DNA of 64,000 nucleotides from Octopus sinensis (taxonomy: Eukaryota): NCBI RefSeq assembly GCF_006345805.1, contig NC_042999.1, positions 86,676,001-86,740,000 of the forward strand, given 5' to 3'. The notes beneath the pieces were generated by a model. That model was not told where the DNA came from. It saw only the letters and a program-made list of their open reading frames with translations, and made no database searches. The position numbers and the translations under genes are program-made. Positions 26,488 to 38,090 of the stretch are shown here, in pieces (the stretch's first letter is position 1; every line of letters starts with the position of its first letter).

Positions 26488-27405
26488 AGTATACATATAC
26501 ATATGTACGTATGTATATATAATTGTGCGTGTGTGTGTATATATATGTGTGTGTGTGTGTGTACTTACATGCATATATATACACACGCACAAAATTTTCT
26601 TATTGAATAATATAAACAAAAATATATTATAAATATAAATAACGTATACATTAAATTATGCCATTGAGTTTAAATACCATGAACATCAGAAAACGGATTC
26701 ATACTGGTTAAGGTGGATTTCACAATACGAGAGTGACTAATGTTTTCCGAAATATTACCGTAAGAAAATAATGTTAATTAAAGTATTTCATCCCGGTGGT
26801 AGGGAAGATGTGTTACAATATGTAAATGGAAATAAAACAATTTCACAGTATTTCGATTATTTTAACGTACGAATTTCAATCCAAAATGCAATGCTTATAA
26901 ACTCTATATCTGGATGGACTCATATTAAACTCTGTTGGACTTTTGGATTTTACTCAAAGGATATTGGAATATTACACATATATACCATTATGTCTATAAA
27001 ACGGATTTACGAATTCAATAACCATACATAACTTACATCTATTTTCTTTCCTCCACCTCACTCTGTATTTGTATCACATCGAAACTAACTATGACTTAAT
27101 TTTCCCTCTTACACCGTCACCGATGAAATGATATTATTAATTAATATCCTAGAAACAGCTGTAAGACCTTTCTATAAATGCTCTAATATATATATACAGC
27201 CTTGGTTTTTTATCTCATTACGCAAAAAATTCATATATACACACGCTGACAGAGAACCAACGTTGAACCCTTTATTCGCAATATTACCGAATCTGGAACT
27301 TAACTATGGTCTGTCTATAGCACTTAATCAGCATTACCTGACACCTTTGGGTCTCAATGACACCATTATTTCTTATAACCTCAACTTCTCGTGTATATAT
27401 ATATA

Positions 27406-28103
27406 TACGCAGACGATAAAAAAAAGTCTCGCAGAAAATACAGGATCCCAACGATGTTGCACAACTGCAGCAGAAGTTGGACTCAATTTACAGAAGGGTT
27501 GAGGATAATAATATGCAGTTTAATACTGAAAAATTCCAAGCCCTGAGCTACCAGCGTCCAAAATTGAATATAAAACTTACAGGGTACGCTGGTCCATAGG
27601 GGTTACATCAGCCTAAATCAGTGAGGGACCTGGGTATCTACATGAATGAGGATATCTATTTCCAAGTACACATTACCAGGGTGGCGACAAAGTGCAGACG
27701 ACTGGCTGGATGAATCCTGAAAACGTTCAGAACCAGAGAGAAGGAAACCATGATGGTCCTCTGGAAGACACTCGTCCTCAGCCGCCTGGAATACTGCTCC
27801 CAGCTATGGTCACGCAACAGTGTAAAATTAACAGTGGACCTTGAAGCAATCTAGCGAAGCTTCACAAAGAAGATCGTCTCATTGCAACAGCTCAGCTACT
27901 TGGAAAGGTTGAAAAAACTAGAACTCTCCTCCCCGGAGCGAAAGCGGGAGAGGTATGCAGTATTATACATTTGGAAGATCCTGGAAGGAATTGTGCCAAA
28001 TTTTGGCATTTAAAGCTACACCAATGCCAGAATGGGTCAACACTGCAGAGTGCCAAAGATCCTAACAATGCCATTGCGCTTCAGGACAAGTTACTGCAAC
28101 AGC
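27406..28103 (+). mobile_element. CR1-clade LINE fragment, RT from YADD to near the C-terminus, with stops and frameshifts
   Basis: YADD at 27406-27417; LQQKLDSIY...DNNMQFNTEKFQAL; SVRDLGIYM; TLVLSRLEYCSQLW; LSYLERLKKLEL; IWKILEGIVPN. Confidence 0.9.
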
Positions 28104-28110
28104 AGTATAT

Positions 28111-28176
<66 letters not shown>

Positions 28177-28257
28177 ATATATATACATGTGTGTGTGTCT
28201 GTGTGTCTGTGTGTGTGTGAAGGAGACGAACGCTCGAGCTGTTGCTAATCCATTTAT

Positions 28258-28359
28258 ATCATGAAGTCCCCTACATACGTTTCGACGTGTGCTCTCCAAA
28301 GTGTCCGGCAGGATAAATAATGATCAGCAGTGCACCAATTTCTTCAGGAGGTTTATGAT
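28258..28359 (-). ncRNA. Type I hammerhead in left pseudo-LTR (G10.1>A)
   Basis: AUCAU-aaa-CCUC-CUGAAGA-AAUUGGUGC...GCACACGUC-GAAA-CGUAUG-UA^GGGG-acuuc-AUGAU. Confidence 0.55.
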
Positions 28360-29378
28360 CACAAGTTCATCAAATAAACATGTTAACCGAAAAAGAAATT
28401 CCTACAAAATGTATCTATATTTATGATAAAGGGAAATCTCTCCTTTATGCACGGAAGAACAATATTTTATTTTCTTGTCTAAGCATGAATTAGTAAACAA
28501 ATTTGCAGAGAGAATTTTCAAATGCATCCATTGGACAAACCACACATTCAGTAATTTCAAATAATATCCACCCGAAACCTAGTGATATTTCATGCAAACT
28601 TCTTTGCCATATTCCTCAATCTTACTCCCTTTCACCTTTACTCCCCTTTATTAACTTTTCTTTTGTCTATCAGTGTGCACAATATTTTATATGTGCCTAT
28701 GAGTGTATAGGTTTATTGTAGTGTGTAAATGTCTGTCGATGTTTTTAGATGTGTGTGATCCTCTATATGTGTATGAACGGTTGGTTATATTTATAAGTCG
28801 AGATTGTTAAAGTCCTGTAAAACATACTTAAGTATCTGTATGCGTCTAGCTATATGCTTATGAGAATTATAGTGAGTTTACAAATCTATGGTTTAACACA
28901 TTTCTTCCCATTACCTAATAACAATTTATCCAAAGTTTCTTTTAATTCCTTTTCTTTTTCTTCTGGCTTTTCCTTCCTTTATTTCTCCTCCATATCTTTC
29001 TATACTTCAGTTCCTTCTCTCACAATATCTACTTTGTTCCGATAACGTCTTTTTAAATTCCAAGCGTCCATTGTTCGTATGTAAATATTTTGTGAATGAA
29101 CGTAATCTTTATGTGCTTAAGTGTGAGTATACAATCATGTGTTGGGGGTCTATAGATGTTTTGGGATGCGTATATCAATGATTATTTAAATTATTTATTC
29201 TGATTATTTATTATGATTAAGATTATTTATTCTGTATATCAATGATTATTTATGAGTATTAGTATATGAACGTTAGCGTATATTTTAGTATAGGTTTGAT
29301 TCTAAGTCGCTACTGCATGAATATGTACGAGTATATGTGTAGAGATATATATGCATATGTGTGTGAGTATATCTCAAA

Positions 29379-29409
<31 letters not shown>

Positions 29410-29619
29410 TGTATGTATGTATGTATGTATGTATGTATGTGTGTGTATATGTATATATAATATTTTATATAGATATATATTAATATATATGTACGAGCAA
29501 AACGCCTCCCCCCCCCCGTCCAATGGACGGTGCTGAGTTGTCAAACATTTAAACCAAATTTTCTCAAAACAACTTGTCCGACCGTCCCATAGGCCACCCC
29601 TTTGAGAAACACTGATTTA

Positions 29620-29885
29620 ACCTAAATTTGAGACACCGTGCATTTTTCTCGCGTATGCGTAGTATCGATCGCAACAGCTGATGTACTTGCGCGTACAAAT
29701 GCACGTTCCCACGGCTTTATCGATCGCATTCTCACCTGGAATCGATTTTTGTAATTTTTCAAGACTTATACACGCCCTGATACCGTCGGTTTCTACATAT
29801 CAAATTTGAGCGCAATCGGGTGAAGGATGCCCGAGATCCTAGAAGACACACATACAGACAAACAGAACGGATTTTATATAATAGA
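29620..29885 (-). mobile_element. 5' portion of a second Helitron-like non-autonomous family
   Basis: Minus strand begins TCTATTATATAAAATCCGTTCTGTTTGTCTG..., with the same TC+(TA) architecture as the other Helitrons. No 3' CTAG/hairpin was found; the left boundary is approximate. Confidence 0.5.
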
Positions 29886-30185
29886 CTAGCAGTATTGCCC
29901 GGTGTTGTTCGGGTTTGTAAGGAAAATAACTATATAAGCATTTTTAGAGAGTTACTTCCCTTATATAATAGCAAAAAATGCATTAAAATGGGAAAAAATG
30001 ATGGTATATTTTTTTTAAATCGTAGACTCATCGTAGACGCGCGCTAATACCCAGAAGGGCTCGATATGAATCACGACTATAAGATACCCGCTTTTGGTTA
30101 AACTGCACCGCAAAATGTGGGAGTAGTTAGGAATCTAAATCGTAGGAGACAGACACTCACACAACTACACTTTTATATATAAAGA
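29886..30185 (-). mobile_element. Non-autonomous Helitron, short variant (300 bp)
   Basis: Minus strand: 5' TC preceded by A; 3' hairpin CCCGAACAACACCGGG then CAATACTG-CTAG. Homologous to 49073-50082 and 57229-57759 but lacks their ~210-bp insert. Confidence 0.85.
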
Positions 30186-30404
30186 TATGTATATGTGTAT
30201 GTATATATGTATATGTATAAGTGTTTGTATTTTGATGAGTGTGTATGTATGTGTTTGTACACGTTTGTGTTTTTGTATGAATATAATGTTTATATTTAAA
30301 CGTCACATGTTTGAGTGTGAACGCCTGTGTCCAGAAAAATATAAATACGTTACATTTTGTAGGACTTTCTTCTTCGGTCAACATGTTTATTTGATGAGCT
30401 TGTT

Positions 30405-30506
30405 ATCATAAACCTCCTGAATAGATTGGTGCACTGCTGACCATTATTTATCCTGCCAGACATTTGGGAGTGCACTCGTCGAAACGTATGTAGAGGACTT
30501 CATGAT
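30405..30506 (+). ncRNA. Type I hammerhead in right pseudo-LTR (G8>U)
   Basis: AUCAU-aaa-CCUC-CUGAAUA-GAUUGGUGCACU...AGUGCACUCGUC-GAAA-CGUAUG-UA^GAGG-acuuc-AUGAU. Perfect 4-bp proximal stem I and ~11-bp stem II. Confidence 0.55.
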
Positions 30507-30849
30507 ATAAATGGATTAACAACAGCTCGAGCTTTCGTCTCCTTTTTATATTTTAATGTTTTCTACTAAATAAGTCTTGCTATATCGGGATTATTTCCTA
30601 GGACACTTAGGCAACTTTTAGCTACATTGTAATTGTTCCCTTGGATTTCTCCTATTAATTATAAACTCGCTCTCTCTGTATCTATATATAATTATATATA
30701 TGGGATAAACTTCGCTGATGAAATCAATAAAATTCAAACACGACATAAATTGTGTCTCTTATTTGCCAGAAAAATAAAAATAACGTTATTCATAGTCGAA
30801 TAATCTCTTACGTTAAACACGTTTGCAAAAACTTAGCTATTTCTTGTTT

Positions 30850-31500
30850 TGTATACCCATCGAATGCCCAACATATACCAATAGGCTGGGGAGTATATGT
30901 CAGTGACCTTATGTCAGTTAGTTGAGTAACTTTCTCTGAATACGGTCAAGAATGTCTGGCTGTACGGCGGCAGGACTAACCCAAATGTAGAAGCAATATC
31001 TTGACCTTATCTGAATTTTGAGCCCTGAACTTTGACTCCAGAAGAGTGGAGCCAGTCTTTGAGACTCGGTTCTAATTATGTTAACGTCTTTAGTATGCAG
31101 ATTATTCTGTCAAATGTAATGATTATTTCTTCATGTCACAGCTTCGAGATTTCGATGTTGTGTTTGCTTATTTCTAAAACGACATTGTTGAATAAGTGTG
31201 AGGTTTGTACATAAAAAGGGCAAATATTTGGGCCTGGTATGGCCAGTTGAAATGGTATTTCCTCGGTAGTAGTGTGACCTTTAGAACGATCACGATGGTT
31301 CTAACTGCGTGCTGCTCATGCTTAAGGGGATTAGGTGCAATAATGTAGTCTCAATATGGGTAATATTTGTATTTTTGGGGTGGATGAGACATTGTTGAAA
31401 GAGACAAGATTACCATGCCTCTTTTGGAGAATGCTTTGAATGCCTCTGTTACTGGAATCAATGCAAGTTTGGTGCGTAGTTTCTGAGTTGCATATTGATG
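30850..31500 (-). mobile_element. Decayed Jockey/CR1-like LINE RT C-terminal fragment
   Basis: Minus-strand SILQKRHGNLVSFN...KIQILPI; RTESQRLAPLF; KIQIRSRYCFYIWVSPAAVQPDILDRIQRK, compared with the typical NLVSFN..KTQ, SQRLA.L and IR..LEYCSHIW...LDRIQR. Confidence 0.6.
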
Positions 31501-32716
31501 ACACAAAGATAGAAAAAGATAGAAAAGAATAAAGGTTAATAGAGTGAAGTTTGACATGCAGAAACTGGGGAGAAGCTCGAAAAACATATATATTTGTATG
31601 TGTACGTCTGTGCGTTCATAGGTCCACATGGGTGTGCTTATGTGTGTGAGTTCATATTTATATAGGTTAGGGGTGAACTAAAGCGGCACACTAGACAAAT
31701 ATATTTTGTGTTATTTAAATTCGATGTTGCCTTTCGTTTCTAACGAAATCGATGCCTAAGTCGATAAAAATCAAATATAAAATTTAAAGGCAATGCTACA
31801 ATCTGGCCAAAAAACAAGGACGCAGGCCATTATTAGTCTTTCAATTCTAGTGCCTATTTATATTTACTTGTCCAAAAACAAAAACAAAAGCGAAAAACAA
31901 CCACTTAGAATAAACAACTTCATTTAGTAGCTGTTTTATAGATAGCTACAGACCAAGTTCTAGGTTAATGGTTATTCTATACTTAGCATGCACCATGTCA
32001 ACAGCAACAACAACAGTATCTCCAACTTCCATGAATAGGACCTCATCCAAGAAAATATTCCAAGAAATATTTCGTTCTTACAATTACAGTTCTATTTCTT
32101 TTCAGTGAAGGATAAAACTACATATGGACAGTAAATATGTAGTTTTAAAATGTGTATAGTGTAAATACAGAAAGTGAAATTAGAAGAGAATAAGCGTAAG
32201 CTCTTTTACTCCCTTCTAGGTTCATTTTATATATCGGCAAAACACTACTTGAAAATAATATTTTGTTCTCAAAAATTGTTACTATATACTATATATTATA
32301 TAAGCACAACTAACGAGAAATCCTTCAGAAAGAGGTTGACAGTGATTGATGCCATAGGAAGAAAATATTTACAAACTAAGACACCAAACATATGTGAAAT
32401 TAATTTTTGTTTCTGTTTTATTGCTGCAACGATTAAGCTACATATCGGTGAAACATCATGGAAATAAACAACTGCAAGCCTATGGAAAACACTAAAGTAT
32501 ATATATAACAAGTAATGAAAAAGAATATTGATTGACACTTCTTCAAAAGAAAACAAATGTGTAGAGTTATAACATTTGTGCGAACGACCATAGAATTTCT
32601 GTAGCATCTATGAACATCAGACATCTTGTTGCTTAGATGGTTCAATACTGTACACAAATACGAACGCCGAAAGCTTTTCAATAAACACTGACATTATTGT
32701 AAAGGATATATAAAAC

Positions 32717-32925
32717 GGTGAGCTGGCAGAATCCTTAGCATGTCGGACAAAATGTTTAGCGGCATTTCGTCCGTCTTTATGCTCTGGATTCAAACACCGC
32801 CGGTGTCGACTTTGCCTTTCACCCTTCGGAAATCGATAGAATAAGTACCGTTGAGCACTGAGTCGATGTAATTGACTTAGCTCCTGACCCGAAATTTCTG
32901 GCCTTGTGCTAAAATTTAAAACCCT
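32717..32925 (+). mobile_element. SINE family B, full monomer
   Basis: GGTGAGCTGGCAGAATCCTTAG head, GATTCAAACACC B-box-like, GTCGACTTTGCCTTTCA body, ends TTGTGCTAAAATTTAAAAC. Confidence 0.85.
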
Positions 32926-33814
32926 CATTACATGCGTAATATAGAAATACTTTTAAAATACATATGTCACCTGCATTAATAACAGCCATCGCACATGGAA
33001 GAGGATTTCTTAAAAATCGAAAAGTGAAAGGTTACTAACGAAATACCGTATACACAAAAGTGGCAATGACGTTTGTTTTTGTTGATTTATGTTTTTGAAG
33101 ATTTATGATGAAAAGCGTTCTGGTTTTGAATGTCCATTATCTTAATTTATCTACTACTGTGGGTTTCATTATACCGTTTCACTAAGTCCTACTAGATGAG
33201 TAATAGTAGTAATATAGAATTTCAGCTTCTATTGAATATTATTGGTTGGATGAACAACCATAGTGGTAAGCACTTCGATATGTTACCATATGGTTCAGGA
33301 TTCGATCCCACTATATGGTACTAGTCTCGGCATCACCAATGCCTTGTGAAAGGTAATTTAATTGACGGGAACTATACCCACACAAATCGTATACATACAT
33401 ACACTCACACACATATACAGTCACTATCCTATTATAAATTTGAGCGATGTTTCTCTGTTCGTTACGTTAACTCCTCTAAGAACAATAGTGTAAGGACCAC
33501 GAAACTCAAACTAGCAACTCCTCTAATCCCATGGAATATCTTAAGGGGTCTATTTTTTTACGGGCCGTTTAAATGGAGCCCCACTGACCACACTGTTTTT
33601 ACTGCATTCACCTCACTCCTACGCTTATTGATTAAACTGTGATCAATATCAGTTCTTCGCATATTTTCAGAAATAAGTGTGGGCATTACATTACACAAGG
33701 GTAGAAAGCCGCGAAGCGGCCCGATAGTGGAGCAGAAGGCCTCAAAGGTGCCCTCCGCAGGAGCCAGTCCGAATGCCGCCCAAAGGGAGCTTTCAAAGTT
33801 AGTATATATATATA

Positions 33815-33879
<65 letters not shown>

Positions 33880-33982
33880 ATATATATATACGTGGGGGAG
33901 AATTCACAAAAATACAAAAGACGAAGACAGGTGCTGTAGACAACAAACAGATGTATTAGTCTAATGCTCGGGAAGTGAAAAA

Positions 33983-34021
33983 GTCTTTAACGTTTCGAGC
34001 CTACGCTCTTCCACAGAAAGG
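33983..34021 (-). ncRNA. Hammerhead-like motif with altered core
   Basis: CUUU-CUGUGGA-A-GAGC guag GCUC-GAAA-CG-UU-AAAG. A6>U and H17=U make activity doubtful. Confidence 0.3.
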
Positions 34022-34289
34022 AACACAGAAAGAAACAAGGAGAGAAAACAAAGAATGTTCAGTGCCGGACAGAGGGATCACACAGGAGAGCTAGGAAGAA
34101 GGGGAGATAATTAAGTAGTGGTGGTCCCAAAACGAAGGTGCACATGCGTGTGTATAAGAGAGTATGTATGTGTCGAACAAATCGCCCCCAGTACATAATT
34201 TTTTAAAATCCTAGCACTTATTCTATGGATCTCTTTCGCCGAACTACCAAGTTACAGGGAGGTGAACACAACACACACGCACACGCACA

Positions 34290-34385
<96 letters not shown>

Positions 34386-34512
34386 GGTTGTTAGGAACAA
34401 GTACACACACACATACAAATAATAACGACACACAATATTATATGTGTGTGTATTCATACATGTGTAGATAATCGATATATATACATGTCTACCTATCTCT
34501 CCTTCTCCCCCC

Positions 34513-34592
<80 letters not shown>

Positions 34593-34721
34593 CCATAACA
34601 CCATATATATATCCATGTGTATGTGTTAGTGTGTGTGCGTGTTTCCATGCACACATGTGCACTTATATCTATCAATTAATCTATGTAATCGTCTTCCCCT
34701 TCTTTCTTTGTATGTGTATAC

Positions 34722-34817
<96 letters not shown>

Positions 34818-34868
34818 ACGAACTCGTCACGACTATATACAGGTGTATAAGCCGCTGAATGTCGTGTA

Positions 34869-35093
34869 CAGGATATGAATCAGGTAAAAAAAAATCAATC
34901 CCCACTTGATTATAATGTCACCCGTGACTCAATAGCAATGTCCAGGAATGACCAATAAGTTAATGGTGGCAAATTTTTTAACATACCTTTGTTAGTGGAT
35001 ATCGATTACACTTTGATATTTGTCGTTAATTCCTCTACGGACAGAACAGAAACGGAAAAAAAAAGAATCGATTTTCACCTGACTCATATCCTG
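34869..35093. mobile_element. MITE with ~22-bp TIRs, Tc1-like ends
   Basis: CAGGATATGAATCAGGTAAAAA versus reverse complement of the right end CAGGATATGAGTCAGGTGAAAA. TA on the left flank, AA on the right. Confidence 0.65.
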
Positions 35094-36836
35094 AATACCT
35101 CATTTCTTATCCTTGTATAATTGTATATACATTATGCTTTAGTCAGATTCAAGGGATGACATTATACATAGGCTTACTTTTTTACGTATTTAGACATACA
35201 CACACACACACATACACACACACAAACACATAGATATACACGTACACATAGTCTCCTAAGGTTAAATATATACAAATATACAAGGACGTCGTAAGTCATA
35301 CATGTATTTATAGAGTATGTGTATGCGTATGCGGGTCTGTATGTGTGTATGTATTTATGTATGTGTGGGTGTATATGTGTGTATGTGTGTATGTGTGTGT
35401 GTTTGTGTGTGTACACAAAGTATTGTCTATATGTATACATAAATATGCATATTTGTCATATTTGTGTGTGTGAATATGTTAACCCTTTAAATCCGGTGTT
35501 AATGAATACATACGAATGCTGAATCACGTAAGCAACCGGAATGCAAAAAAAAATGACTTAAGATACCCACCACGAATATTCTAGAAAATTTAAACACCAA
35601 TGCTCAGTCGAACCATTCCCAGAAAATATTGTGTGAAATGTGGGGGCCGCGTATCTAATCTCGCTACTTGCAAAAAGTAATCTTGCCCATTGAGGGATAA
35701 TCGTCACAAAGCAGCCGATATTAAAATTACCACATCGCCTGATTTCTGAAAATGCATTGATTTTATTGCCGAAACAGAACTTCAGACACATTTAGCTTCA
35801 AAACGAACATTGAAAAATTTACAATGATTACACTGTGTAACAAATTTTTATTCATTCATTCATTTATTTATTTATTTGTCTTTGGTCAGTAAGTGTTATT
35901 CATTGCTACTATTTTGAAATCAAAGGAAATAACTACTATTCTCTTCAGACTTTGCTTTTATGACCTGGACATCAATGGTTTGAAACTGACCTATTTTCCA
36001 TCACATTTCAGTCAGATTCAGCGCTGATTTGCTGAAGCAGACATACCGTTATAGCAAATATTCTGCTCAATACCACAGATTTGCTTGTCCGTTGCTAGAC
36101 CTTAACCATTTGAGCATGTCCCTTGGTGGCTTGCAATATGTGCATTTCTGATCATGAGCGGGAGTAGTAGAGGAGCATCATAGCCATGTGTTGGGTGGAA
36201 CTCTTTGCGGTTTGAATAAATGTAACAAAAGCAGTTTTGAAGGAAATAGCCATTTTTCATATTTTCTAGGGGTAAGCAAATGGGAAATAACAGTTGCTAC
36301 CCAAGGACAAAAACCGTGTCACTCAGTGCAATCGTCAGAAATCAGGCGATGCTAAAATGATCACATCACCTAATTTCTGGGGGTGTATTAATTTTATTGC
36401 CGAAAGAGACTTTCAAACCCATTCAGCCTCAAAATTAAAATTCAAGAAAAGTTTACAATGCGCATTCACATTACTGCTTTTGAACTGTTTCTTTTTTACT
36501 TGTTTCAGTCATTGGACTGCAGTCATGGTGGGGGCATCGCCTTGAAGGGTTTAATCGAACAAGTTTACCCTGGGGATTATTTGTTTTTATTTTTAAGCCT
36601 GACACTTATGTTATCGGTTTTTGTTTTTATCGAAACGCCAAGTTACGTGAACGTAAACAAATCAAAGCCTGTTTTCAAGCGATTGGGTGGGGATAAACAC
36701 AAGAAAAAAGGTAAAGACATACACACATAGATGCATAGACACACGCACGCGTGCAAATATATGTATGCATATGTCAAAACATGACCGCAGCTGGATAACT
36801 GAAGCAAGCAAAAAAGATAAAAATAATTATGTACAC

Positions 36837-36842
<6 letters not shown>

Positions 36843-36915
<73 letters not shown>

Positions 36916-36920
36916 GTATG

Positions 36921-36975
<55 letters not shown>
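36843..36975. repeat. (TA)n/(TATG)n microsatellite
   Basis: Directly visible. Confidence 0.95.
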
Positions 36976-36978
<3 letters not shown>

Positions 36979-37331
36979 CGCGGAGGCGTGGCTGTGTGGT
37001 AAAGAAGCTATATATATATTGTTTATAAATATCATTTAATGTACGCAGTATCAAGATAAGAGCTACTAATAGTTTGTTTTTTTTGCTGTAAAGATACTTG
37101 GTTAGACAGGTCTTAAAAAACGTTATAAATACCTGTCTAGTCGCGTGTCTTCACAGCAAGCAACTATTAGTAGCTCTTATCTTTATACTGTGCGTATGTG
37201 TATATATATTTACATGTATGTATGTATGTGTGTGTTTATGTATGTATTATGTATCTATACATATATGTATGCATGATATATATATATATACATCATACAT
37301 ACATACATACATACATACATACATACATACA

Positions 37332-37367
<36 letters not shown>

Positions 37368-37859
37368 CATGTATATATGTGTGCGACTGTGTGTATTAGT
37401 GTGCATGCGTGTGCACACATCATCAGTTTTGATTAAAGCCAATTCTCTTATTGGCATTAGGCAATATGTCTGAAGGGAAAATTGTTGAGTTGATTGAGTT
37501 GATAGGATTTAAATTAGGATAGAAGTGTGAGATCCAGCACGTTGTCGCTTCTAGCACTCCTTAAACATGAACAAGACAAAATGCTGCAACATGAACATTC
37601 CTTTTACATGTATTATATTAAAGAAGTTAAACCACTTCCGCGGATACAGTTTCCGAAGTTTCCGTTATAACGACACACTTCAAAAAGTAATGGAAAAGGA
37701 CCTGGTAGATTTCTTTGATGGTTTAGCGTACATGTGTGAATATGGGTCTTATAATCCGTTGAGACTTTTCTTGAAGACCTAGCAATTTAGAGTAAGCTCA
37801 CCTCTCAAAAAGCCATATTAATAAAAGAAATTTTACTCAGTACTTATCTTTGCGGCATA

Positions 37860-38090
37860 TATATTAGGTGAATCGAACCATTGCAAATTTAACTGATTTG
37901 ACCGGAAACTAACTACTGTGCCCTTTCCTTTCTAGCAAGAATGTCAACCCTCTGGAATTCCTTTCCTGCTCATAGCTTTACTGCATTGTTGATTCGGAAC
38001 ATTTTAAGCGGAACATTAGCAATATCACTCCGGGTGGTCTCGGAAGGTCTGCGAAGGCCTTGAATAATGCCACTTTGTCCTGATCTAGCA
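37860..38090 (+). mobile_element. Jockey/CR1-like LINE 3' end fragment
   Basis: SFLARMSTLWNSFPAHSF resembles the LINE terminal motif SF..RT..LWNSLP..F. Confidence 0.45.

Larger units (their letters stand above)
28220..30544 (-). mobile_element. Probable Penelope-like element remnant bounded by inverted ~194-bp pseudo-LTRs, interrupted by later insertions
   Basis: 28220-28413 and 30351-30544 are inverted copies (~16 differences by eye), each with a hammerhead fold. The minus strand at 28400-28760 gives a weak resemblance to a GIY-YIG C-terminus (KHRQTF..., LKILSANL.TNSCLDKKIKYCSSVHK). Confidence 0.5.

Noticed and set aside
30715-30756. CTGATGA...CAAA...GTC
   Set aside because: G12 is C and stem I does not pair.
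35700-36470. Two diverged direct repeats of ~100 bp (about 35720-35820 and 36350-36460)
   Set aside because: They look like old copies of an unassigned interspersed repeat, with no termini or structure to interpret.
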